NCBI GenBank assembly: GCA_012295275.1
Contig: CM022671.1
Coordinates: 1,736,001 to 1,800,000, forward strand
Length of the DNA: 64,000 bases
Origin: Chrysomallon squamiferum
Taxonomy: Eukaryota > Animalia > Mollusca
Direction: 5' to 3'
Of this stretch, positions 38,501-64,000 are shown piece by piece. The position numbers and the translations under genes were made by a program. Position 1 is the first letter of the stretch; each line of letters begins with the position of its first letter. The notes under the pieces are model-generated. The model was not told the DNA's origin and searched no databases. It was given only the letters and a program-made list of their open reading frames with translations.

Positions 38501-40159
38501 ATGAATACAAGCCAAAAAAAACAACAAAAATTAATATCAACTTTTAACAAATGCTAAACATAAAAAAATATTTTTTATTTACTCATAAATTGGATTTGTT
38601 CAGTTTTTTCTATTAAAATTAATATTTAAATTATATATCTATATTAAATGCTCTTTAGAAACCTTTTTTTTGTTGTTGGTTTTTTGAGGGTTTTTGTGGA
38701 GGGTGGCTGTTATGTTTTATATTTTAACACCCTTACCAAAAATAAATAAAACAGAACAATTAATAAGTATAGATCTACCTATTACACATTTTTTGCTTGT
38801 GTTTATAAAATGGAATAATTTTTATTTAATGTTGTTCATACCTATGCTAGTGATAATGTGAGCTACTGATGAAGCAATTTGTATTATTTATTTTTGGAAT
38901 TTGTTTTTAAACCTAATTAATAATCACCAAACACCATATCTAGATCAAATGCTTGCATGAAAGTGGGTAGGTTTTTCATTATTATTATTTTTTTCTTAAT
39001 GGGCATGAAAGAATGTTTTAATTTTATATACTTCAGACTTTATAAAACAGCAAACGAAATGTAAAAAAAAAAAAAGTCCAGCATAAATGAAAAAGTAAAT
39101 TGCATAACTTAGCATTTTTATGTCAGTATCCAAATTAATTCCGATAATTATAGAAGTTTATGAAATATAATATTAAAGGAATGTTCAGATTTAACATTAA
39201 CATCATTTAAATGTAACGCCTGATGTGTTTGCTTTTTAAAGCCTAAAATATTTTTCATAAATTCCTGTTATATTTGTAGGTTTGATTATTAATGCAATCA
39301 GTTTCGTTGATGTTGTTTTTTGTGGGTTGTTTTAATACAAATATCAAATTTGTCTTGTTTCTGCAGAAGTAATCTGTTTGTGATATAATCACGCAAGATG
39401 AGTTATATTAATACAGTATACAAGTCAATACATTTATAACATAAGTTTTATCAACAATAAATATCCTAAAGACAACAATACAAATGAAACATGACAGAAA
39501 AAGGGCAAAGGAAAATGTTTATCATATCATTTACAAAAAAATAATAAGAAATAAGAAAAAATAAGGATCACACCTTTTCTGCATGGAGATTACATTTAAT
39601 AGACAAAAATTATGTGCTGTTATACAATTTAGTTGTTGCACAAATCTAATTGTTTTAATCAGAAAACATTATTTTTGAATGGCCCCTAGTATAAAATAGC
39701 CATGTTTGTCTACTTCCATTATTTGATGCATCTACAAAGTAGGTCATTAACTTTCTACCAAAATTCGCTTTTAACAATTAGAAACATCATTCTCCAACAC
39801 TATGAGAACAAGCTACAAGCAACAGTGGCTATTCGCATATATGATACAGTTATGGACACGGTGTGACAGTATTAAGATAATTAAAGCATGGGGGTCAGCA
39901 TGAGAACAGGTGACATCTTTTATTACTGTAAACACAATAAACACCTCCAAAAATTCCTATAGCCAGTGAATTTCTTAAACACCTTTGTCACTGCCCGTTT
40001 TAATCGGTATTATTCGAAACAGATTTCATTACAGACAAACGGTAAGTGAAGAAGACAAGTTTTGATAGTACGATTTAAATCAGGTCTTACCAAAGCAAAC
40101 AAGTTTGTGTAACAATCCTCAAGTGAGCAACCGTTTCCAGTCGGGCCTGGGTGACTCAT
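2145..40159 (-). CDS. MED13: Mediator of RNA polymerase II transcription subunit 13 (MED13/skuld), full gene span, 28 coding exons, 2008 aa
   Basis: Hand-spliced GT-AG exons with all phases consistent (6027 nt). Family motifs: N-terminal [140 protein letters not shown] and C-terminal [15 protein letters not shown]...RRSCLPVH. Confidence 0.97.
2596..2702 (-). CDS. MED13: MED13 exon 27 (SALHIH...[12 protein letters not shown])
   Basis: CAG/GTAAGA; read by hand. Confidence 0.93.
3129..3290 (-). CDS. MED13: MED13 exon 26 ([13 protein letters not shown]...PKWFWSSCP)
   Basis: CAG/GTAAGA. Confidence 0.94.
3543..3794 (-). CDS. MED13: MED13 exon 25
   Basis: CAG/GTATGT, phase 0 to 0. Confidence 0.88.
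4153..4561 (-). CDS. MED13: MED13 exon 24 ([18 protein letters not shown]...HILVFPTSA)
   Basis: CAG/GTAACA. Confidence 0.96.
4800..5029 (-). CDS. MED13: MED13 exon 23 ([10 protein letters not shown]...[12 protein letters not shown])
   Basis: CAG/GTAAAA; read by hand. Confidence 0.95.
5339..5521 (-). CDS. MED13: MED13 exon 22 (LKSVAFSVF...RSLTGFGP)
   Basis: CAG/GTCTGT. Confidence 0.93.
5739..5968 (-). CDS. MED13: MED13 exon 21 ([11 protein letters not shown])
   Basis: TAG/GTACAG. Confidence 0.92.
6647..6784 (-). CDS. MED13: MED13 exon 20
   Basis: CAG acceptor; weak GTAGGC donor chosen because it gives the required phase 1. Confidence 0.8.
7055..7114 (-). CDS. MED13: MED13 exon 19 ([14 protein letters not shown])
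   Basis: CAG/GTAAGT. Confidence 0.93.
7510..7759 (-). CDS. MED13: MED13 exon 18 ([15 protein letters not shown]...YELCRLGRH)
   Basis: CAG/GTAAAT. Confidence 0.95.
8118..8215 (-). CDS. MED13: MED13 exon 17 ([13 protein letters not shown])
   Basis: CAG/GTAAGT. Confidence 0.94.
8354..8650 (-). CDS. MED13: MED13 exon 16 (CLHKWP...[17 protein letters not shown])
   Basis: CAG/GTCAGT. Confidence 0.94.
9255..9994 (-). CDS. MED13: MED13 exon 15 (RTPRTPRTP; PEVHSL; DSCNICVC)
   Basis: 740-nt open exon; conserved motifs. Confidence 0.96.
10316..10479 (-). CDS. MED13: MED13 exon 14 ([15 protein letters not shown]...YKPSW); NAGNAG acceptor may add a Gln (start 10482)
   Basis: CAGCAG acceptor, GTAAGC donor. 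Confidence 0.9.
10930..11090 (-). CDS. MED13: MED13 exon 13 ([13 protein letters not shown])
   Basis: TAG/GTAATG; conserved MFPTPPSLE. Confidence 0.93.
11326..11395 (-). CDS. MED13: MED13 exon 12
   Basis: CAG/GTAAGT; open; phase 0 to 1. Confidence 0.85.
11892..12016 (-). CDS. MED13: MED13 exon 11 ([16 protein letters not shown])
   Basis: CAG/GTAAGT. Confidence 0.9.
12461..12518 (-). CDS. MED13: MED13 exon 10 ([19 protein letters not shown])
   Basis: CAG/GTAAAT; phase 0 to 1 bridges exons 9 and 11. Confidence 0.8.
13089..13116 (-). CDS. MED13: Candidate alternative MED13 micro-exon 10a (DGNTAESVN)
   Basis: TTCAG|GATG...GTCAACT|GTAAAC; same phases and similar ends as exon 10. Confidence 0.4.
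13350..13408 (+). repeat. (CA)n microsatellite
   Basis: Direct reading. Confidence 0.9.
14295..14523 (-). CDS. MED13: MED13 exon 9 (DPYEFVDE)
   Basis: TAG/GTGAGA. Confidence 0.9.
14976..15746 (-). CDS. MED13: MED13 exon 8 (disordered region, STPFHRR)
   Basis: 771-nt open exon, CAG/GTAAGT. Confidence 0.93.
16085..16427 (-). CDS. MED13: MED13 exon 7 ([12 protein letters not shown]...MSPPCSP)
   Basis: CAG/GTATGT. Confidence 0.93.
16965..17129 (-). CDS. MED13: MED13 exon 6 ([14 protein letters not shown]...LVEVIV)
   Basis: CAG/GTAAGA. Confidence 0.94.
22539..22684 (-). CDS. MED13: MED13 exon 5 ([21 protein letters not shown])
   Basis: CAG/GTATTT; phases fit. Confidence 0.93.
25832..26210 (+). 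repeat. Degenerate minisatellite with core AGCTY.ACCAGTGACCTATAC
   Basis: Copies near 25864, 25968, 26085 and 26119, plus partial copies. Confidence 0.65.
26930..27024 (+). repeat. (TA)n and (TTA)n microsatellites
   Basis: Direct reading. Confidence 0.9.
27946..28026 (-). CDS. MED13: MED13 exon 4 ([17 protein letters not shown])
   Basis: CAG/GTAAGT; conserved motif. Confidence 0.95.
28432..28695 (+). mobile_element. Highly decayed tRNA-derived (Meta-core-like) SINE in MED13 intron 3
   Basis: A-box-like GCAGCTCAGTGATTAG and B-box-like GGATCAATT; core GGTTTATCAATGGTCACTGTATATGTTTTCCTTTCTATGAAAAGATGCCTATAAATGATC resembles, from memory, the mollusc Meta-SINE core GGTATATCAAAGGCCGTGGTATGTGCTATCCTGTCTGTGGGATGGTGCATATAAAAGATC; AT-rich tail. 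Confidence 0.6.
28703..28808 (-). CDS. MED13: MED13 exon 3 ([19 protein letters not shown])
   Basis: TAG/GTAAGT; not in the ORF track, read by hand. Confidence 0.95.
28963..29313. mobile_element. Degenerate Tc1/mariner-like MITE candidate
   Basis: TA-flanked imperfect TIRs TACACAGTGTCTCAAA ... TTTGAGACATCCAATGTA; internal 9-bp hairpin at 29050-29071. Confidence 0.4.
34259..34683. mobile_element. Non-autonomous DNA transposon (hAT-like MITE), ~425 bp
   Basis: Perfect 12-bp TIRs TAGTGTTTCCCC / GGGGAAACACTA; subterminal TGCCC motifs; internal 3x GCACTTTT(T/A)AGCAC(T/C)AATAAA repeats; no clean 8-bp TSD. Confidence 0.65.
36467..36716 (-). CDS. MED13: MED13 exon 2 (TDLCGIKWR...ELWIFWYG)
   Basis: CAG acceptor, GTAAGT donor, phase 0 to 1. 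Confidence 0.95.
40091..40159 (-). CDS. MED13: MED13 exon 1 ([23 protein letters not shown])
   Basis: ATG at 40159; donor GTAAGA; conserved SLEDC motif. Confidence 0.93.
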
Positions 40160-40330
40160 AGTCACTCCATGTTCTGAAAAACACCTGGGGTATCCAAATT
40201 TACTGCTAAAACATCAATTTTATAATGAACCGATATTTTTTTTTACAAATTAATGCATTCTTCGCATAATATGGCGACAGTAATGGCGACTCGATGGGAA
40301 CAACAAGGCGGTAAGGTCCATGCTTTTCAT
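40160..40330. promoter_or_regulatory. Putative MED13 promoter / 5' UTR with tandem YY1-like ATGGCG motifs
   Basis: CpG-containing block just upstream of the ATG; ATATGGCGAC and TAATGGCGAC at 40269-40290. Confidence 0.5.
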
Positions 40331-40740
40331 TGGTGCATTCAAGTCATGTGCTCACGAAGTGGAGCTGTACTGTTATCTCAACCAGTATTTTCAGTGTATA
40401 TTACACATTATAATAAACAACAGAATACTAGATAGTTATGGGACAGTGCATGTTACTGAAGATAACGGATCCAGTTTAATATGAAATACTGATTTAATAG
40501 AAAGAAAAATTAATATGTGATTTTTTACATTAGCTAATTGATATAAACAATATTTTATGAATAAACTATTGTTTATTTAACTATTTTAATGTTATACATT
40601 TTGTTAAAACATAATTAGAAAAGAATGAATTTAGTTTATTCAAAGATAAATAAATAAACGAAAAAACTGATTCATCCATAAAAATTATTATGAATTAGCA
40701 AACGTTTTAATTTTATAAACACAGAAACACTCTGCATGAA

Positions 40741-40771
<31 letters not shown>

Positions 40772-42099
40772 GAGATTTCTAAAATTTATTTATTTACTTA
40801 TTTTATTTTATTTTATTATTTATTTATTTATTTTTACTTTTTTACACGAGACACTACCAATTGTTGAGTTTTGTTATCGTCATCAGCATCATCATCATCA
40901 TCATGATATTATTATTGTTGTTGTTGTTGTTGTTGTTATTATTAGTTGATGCGAACATTTGTTATATTACTTTTATGAAAACTTCTATATTTATTTATTT
41001 ATTTATTTTGCATTAACTGTAAGGATAACCGAATGCCAGCTCCTGATTTGAAAAGGAAGTTACACAACGAGCGCTTTGAGGAGGTCTGAACGTATTAAGT
41101 TCAAGGCCACGGCTCTAGCAAACGTTTGAGGTCCGGTCACCGGAGGAGCTAACAAACGGACAAAAACTAATGAAAGGAGGAAGGAACGAAGGCATGAACG
41201 AATTAATGAATGAATGAAAGAATGAAAGAAATAATTATCAACCGAGCGATCGTTCAGTTTTTAACGAGATATCAGTTTAATATTAAGAGCTAAGCGTTTT
41301 CGTTTGAAATGAGAAAGGAAAACTGCTGCAGTCTCTCCGTGAACTGATCTTGTCGATTACAGCTAAGGATCTGTTGGTTTTACATACGTTCCCATAAACA
41401 GGAAAATATAACAATCTCATAGCAGTCATGAGATAGAAGATTGCTCCACTGTTTCTTTGCTTTCTATTGTCTGAATCTCAGACTATGCTTTTGGGACGCA
41501 TTTTATTTTATTTTATTTATTTATTTATTTTCCATTTTATTTACTTTCCATTTTATTTTATTTTACTCAATTTTATTATTATTACTATTATTGTGTTTAC
41601 TTGTTATTTCATTTATTTTTATTTTATATTATTGCATTTTATTATTGTTACTTATTATCGTCGTCGTCGTCGTTGTTGATGTTTGATTAATTGATTTACT
41701 GATTTCTTTTCAAATAAGACTAATCACCTTCTCATAAAGTGCATGCCATCTTATTTTATTATTTAAACTTCAGTGTATTTTATAACTGAAACATAAGGTA
41801 ATGGTGAGATAAGCAAATATAGGTTAAAAGAGTAATCCGGAAGAAAAAAAAATATATATACTGACGGTAAAGATTCATTTCCCAAAGTCCAGAAATATAT
41901 CTTTTTGTCATCCTTTTACATATTCCTTCATCTCCTTTTTTCTAGAACTGTTTCTCTTTTTCTTCTTTCCCTTAAGAAATCATGTTTTATGTTGTTGTTG
42001 TTGTTTTGTGAGTTTTGGGGGTTTTTTGGGGGGGGATTTTGTGGTAATTTCCTCTTTCTCATGTTTCTGCTTCCTTTTTCTCTTCATTTTTATACGATT

Positions 42100-42136
42100 T
42101 CGTCCTTTTCTGCTTATCGTCTTTCGCAATCTTTCA

Positions 42137-42169
<33 letters not shown>

Positions 42170-42277
42170 TAATGCACCTTTCTTTCATGTTTCTCCTTCC
42201 TCGTCGCTTTCTTTTCCTTCATAACACTTATCTTCCTGTATTATATTAGTTCGTGCTTTTCTGCTTATCGTCTTTCA

Positions 42278-42322
<45 letters not shown>

Positions 42323-42392
42323 TAATGCACCTTTCTTCCATGTTTCTCCTTCCTCGTTGCTTTCCTTTCCTTCATAACACTTATCTTCCTGT
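42100..42392 (+). repeat. ~150-bp tandem duplication (2 copies) containing (TTA)n
   Basis: TCGT.CTTTTCTGCTTATCGTCTTTC...(TTA)n...CATAATGCACCTTTC...CATAACACTTATCTTCCTGT at 42100 and 42251. Confidence 0.9.
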
Positions 42393-42742
42393 TTCATTCT
42401 CCTACTTCTTTCCTGTTCCTCCTTCGTTCTTTCTCTGGAACCATCTTATTGCTCCCTGTCCTCCTGCTCTTTTTTCTCGTTCGATAAAATAAACAAATGA
42501 TGGTTTATTTACCTCTGCCTATTCATGCAAACATTTACATATACATAAATAAATGCCTTTTCACACATACACACTCACACATGCGCACGAGCACAATAAA
42601 CAAATACGCACGCATTTACGTCACACATTATATTATTAACAATAACGCCTTAAACAAATTTTTATTTACGAAAACTCAACAAAAACAAAACAAATTAGTC
42701 GCGACAAATTAAATAAGACGTGTACATATCTCCTCATATTAG

Positions 42743-42744
<2 letters not shown>

Positions 42745-42782
<38 letters not shown>
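42745..42782 (+). repeat. (AC)n microsatellite
   Basis: Direct reading. Confidence 0.95.
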
Positions 42783-42784
<2 letters not shown>

Positions 42785-43441
42785 AATTTTTATCAACAAA
42801 CCGACAAAGCGTCTAAGAGAGGTAACTCGAAAGATTCATGGGCAGTTCACATGACAAGAACATAAGGATATATCTGATCATGCATTTACTGTTAGTGACT
42901 AGAGATTTCAAGTTTAATTGTATGTTTTATCTAACTAAATGTCTCTGGGATTCTGGACTGTGTGCCCTGTTTTGGGAAGTATTTTGTGGGGTTTGTTTTA
43001 TACGAATATATATATATATATCATTTTATTTATCACTTCTGAGTAAAGAATAATAATAATAATGATAATAATATTAATAATAATAATAATTATTATTATT
43101 ATTATGATTATTATTATTATTATTATTCAGATAAAAAGATAGAATAATAAATCAGCTGTGACGCAGCAAAATCGAACTCATCTATTGTTGTAATGTACAT
43201 CAGGTGAAAATGCTCCACTGACGAGGTAGTTCTAAAAAAAGAGATAGATTAAATAAATAAATAAAATTTATCATTATTATTGTTGTTATCAACAGTAGTA
43301 GCATTAGTCGTAATCGTTGTCGTAGTAGTAGTTTCATTTTATTTTACTTTGGTGTTCGCTTTGATTTCCTTTCTTTCTTCTTTGTATTTTTATTTATTTC
43401 TTTACTTTATTTATTTATTTACTGTGTTATACATAAATAGA

Positions 43442-43480
<39 letters not shown>

Positions 43481-44384
43481 AACTGCTGAGATTATAAAAA
43501 CATATGCATCCTCACGAAAACAATTAGCAGCTGGACAGTATAAATACGATCTTCATCATCTTCCACGAAATGACATTCTTTATGTGTGTATGTACGTAGA
43601 CACACACACACACACACGCACACGCCACACACACACACATAATCAGTCATCTTACTATTCGCTACCGACAGTCAAGATTCCCCAACAAAGCCACTGGAAC
43701 CGTCGCGAAATTGCGATCGACTTACTGTTATTATCATCACTATTACCATCGGCAACATTACCTTCGTCAAAATCATTGTTATTACTGGGTTTTTCTTCTT
43801 TTCTTCTTTTTTTTATTATTATTTTTTTCCAGTGTTTCGCTTTTAAATATTTTTAATTCATTTGTTCAGCAGGGCATATTTTCAGTTTAAATAAAGATTT
43901 TCTGATTCGCGTCAAAATAACCGTAACCTAGACCTTTATAAGTGATTTGGGTCGCCATGACCTTTCACCCATTTTACGTATTTGTATCCATAATACGTAA
44001 GTTCTGGATATGTGTGGGTGTGACAAAGGGTGAAAGTTACAATTTTTAAGTAAACAACCAGTCTCGCTGCTTTGTAATTCCTAATGTAAAAGAAACAAGC
44101 AAACAAACTTTAAATAAATAAATAAATAAATAAATAAAAAATAAACAAAAGCTCACAACTATGTTCACATATTAATATGTAATAAATTCTGGTCATATCT
44201 GGACAACTGTGTTTACGTGCTGTTACAATCTGAATATTCGATTTTGTTAATTAACTGTCAAATGCTGTTTGAGTAGCTTTTTTCTGCGCCTCTGTTTAAA
44301 ATTATTGTTACGGTTATAACCATATAGGATTAGAACAATAATAGACAGGACAAATGAAATGCATTGTTGGTTTATGAATGATTT

Positions 44385-44444
<60 letters not shown>

Positions 44445-44856
44445 AAAGAAATCTAGAATTAACAAACACATTTAGAGCTCATCAGAGAGTATATATTAAT
44501 TGTATGATTATTGATTGACTGATTTTTTATTTCTTCAACCAACAGAAATTTGCAGATACTAATTTAAACAAGACAAAATGAAGAATTTTTTTATAAAATA
44601 ATGTGAGAGAGAAATTTCAATTTGTTCCGTTTTTGCAAGCACGCAAGAGAAGATAAAAATAAGAATTCGAATTAGCATCTGTCGCGTTTGTGACTTTTAC
44701 GTGATTCCTAAAAAGTTGGTAACACGCACTGCATTAACAAACAAGCAATTAAATAACTTCAGCATTTCACCATTATTATTATTATTATGATTATTAATAT
44801 ATATATTTTAGAATTATCTTCTTCAGATCTGAAAACATTATTTGTACATCAAAATC

Positions 44857-44860
<4 letters not shown>

Positions 44861-44930
<70 letters not shown>
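44861..44930 (+). repeat. (TC)n microsatellite
   Basis: Direct reading. Confidence 0.95.
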
Positions 44931-45198
44931 CATTGAAATAATTGCATTATAGAAATTTTAATGAATAAATAAATAAATAAAAATTATATTCATGTTATAA
45001 TCATTATAATTACTGTTACAATGGCAACAACTTTTATCAAAGTAATAAGTACTGAATAACTGAAATTCGTGAATAATTAAAAAGAGTAATAATAATAAAA
45101 AAGGTGAACAGTCATAGAGCTCTTAATTGCAATTATGTTTTTGCCTGTTTCAATGTTAAAAAAGAAGTAATACGTTTTTGTTTAGAAATATATTTATT

Positions 45199-45231
<33 letters not shown>

Positions 45232-45605
45232 GTTTTATTATCTTTTTTTCCACCAAGAAACAAATTAATGCATTGTGCACTATACTATTTGTATTACAAC
45301 ATATTATATTTTATTTTCAGAACGTTACCAGAATAATTAGTAGGATAATTAAATTAAAAAATAATAATTATTATGAATTGATTTTTCATTTTGCATGTGT
45401 AATATTTTACAGCAGAAATCATTAGATAGATACATTATATATTTAGTGTAGGTAGATATAATTATTGCAACAAAATATTATTATCAGTTTATTTAATTAA
45501 GTTATCACATTCGTGCGCATGTAAATCATATATAAGATCTACTAGCAAATAATTATATATATAATCGCTATATGAAAGCATAAAACCCGAATCTGCACCA
45601 AATTA

Positions 45606-45608
<3 letters not shown>

Positions 45609-45653
<45 letters not shown>
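45609..45653 (+). repeat. (AC)n microsatellite
   Basis: Direct reading. Confidence 0.95.
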
Positions 45654-45654
<1 letters not shown>

Positions 45655-45763
45655 TAAATACATTAAATCGCTCAGAACTAAAAAATTCAATCAATAATCA
45701 TATAATACATACTCTTTGATGAGCTCTAAATGTGTTTGTATATTCTTAATTCTAGATTACTTT

Positions 45764-45832
<69 letters not shown>

Positions 45833-45979
45833 ATATAATAATAATAATTGTAATAAATATATAAATAAATAAATGAAAAAAAAAAAGTATAATAAAATCA
45901 TAAAATAACCTTCAAGAAGAAAGCCCTAATAATAATTTAAATATGTAACGTACAAAATTCTATCCCATAAATTAATTTG

Positions 45980-46200
45980 GAAAAATCGGCTTTTTCAGTA
46001 ACAAATAGGAGCTCGCAGAAGGGCGAGATGTACAAACAAGACTAAAACGCTAACTAAACGAAAAAGGTCGAATAACTGATAGCATCTTTAATATTCTATT
46101 TTTAGTTCCAAACATGGACGATGACAGGTGCTCGAAGTGGGAGTGGACTAATAAACATGTTGAAAGTGACTGTTGAAAGTGTGAAAGTTGTTAATTCAAA
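45980..46200 (+). promoter_or_regulatory. Putative BLTP2 proximal promoter / 5' UTR with upstream ATGs
   Basis: CpG-retaining block; CCAAACATGG motif; upstream ATGs at 46114, 46121 and 46157. Confidence 0.45.
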
Positions 46201-63906
<17,706 letters not shown>

Positions 63907-64000
63907 GTAAAATCAGAACAGATTGTTGAGAACTGGGGAAATGTTTATCACTGTAATTGCTTATTGTTTTTGTGTTTATTATGATGAGAGTTTTTGTTTA

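Larger units (their letters stand above)
44388..45828. repeat. Long inverted repeat pair (arms ~44388-44528 and ~45680-45828)
   Basis: The left arm reverse-complements to ...TCAATCAATAATCATA...ACTCT(C/T)TGATGAGCTCTAAATGTGTTTGT...TTAATTCTAGATT...(TC)n, matching the right arm. Confidence 0.85.

Noticed and set aside
41441-43856. Several hydrophobic plus-strand ORFs in the intergenic region
   Set aside because: Poly-Leu/Phe/Ile products of (TTA)n and T-rich simple repeats; no coding character
44470-44495. CTGATGAGCTC on the minus strand resembling a hammerhead core
   Set aside because: No closing stem II or GAAA segment follows

Overview
Very AT-rich eukaryotic (animal) genomic DNA. A decayed Meta-type tRNA-SINE suggests a mollusc, probably a gastropod (inference). 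Two intron-rich genes lie head-to-head. (1) On the minus strand is a complete MED13 (Mediator kinase-module subunit 13 / skuld) coding region: 28 GT-AG exons, ATG at 40159, TGA at 2145, 6027 nt (2008 aa) by hand-splicing, with every intron phase consistent. (2) On the plus strand is the 5' part of BLTP2 (KIAA0100/hobbit/FMP27-like bridge lipid-transfer protein): ATG at 46201, 33 exons, about 1280-1300 codons, running off the window end. Between the two start codons is ~6 kb of microsatellite-rich, CpG-retaining DNA. Introns hold a decayed SINE, two MITE-like elements and several minisatellites. I see no rRNA, tRNA or CRISPR array and no convincing wholly new system. The best leads are regulatory: a candidate mutually exclusive micro-exon pair in MED13; a uORF and hairpin over the MED13 start codon; a possible shared bidirectional promoter with a spliced uORF for BLTP2; an unresolved BLTP2 splice-phase break; a triplicated exon border that forms a poison exon; and a nested-stem/pseudoknot element in the intergenic region. 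All gene identities come from my recall of family motifs, not database searches.
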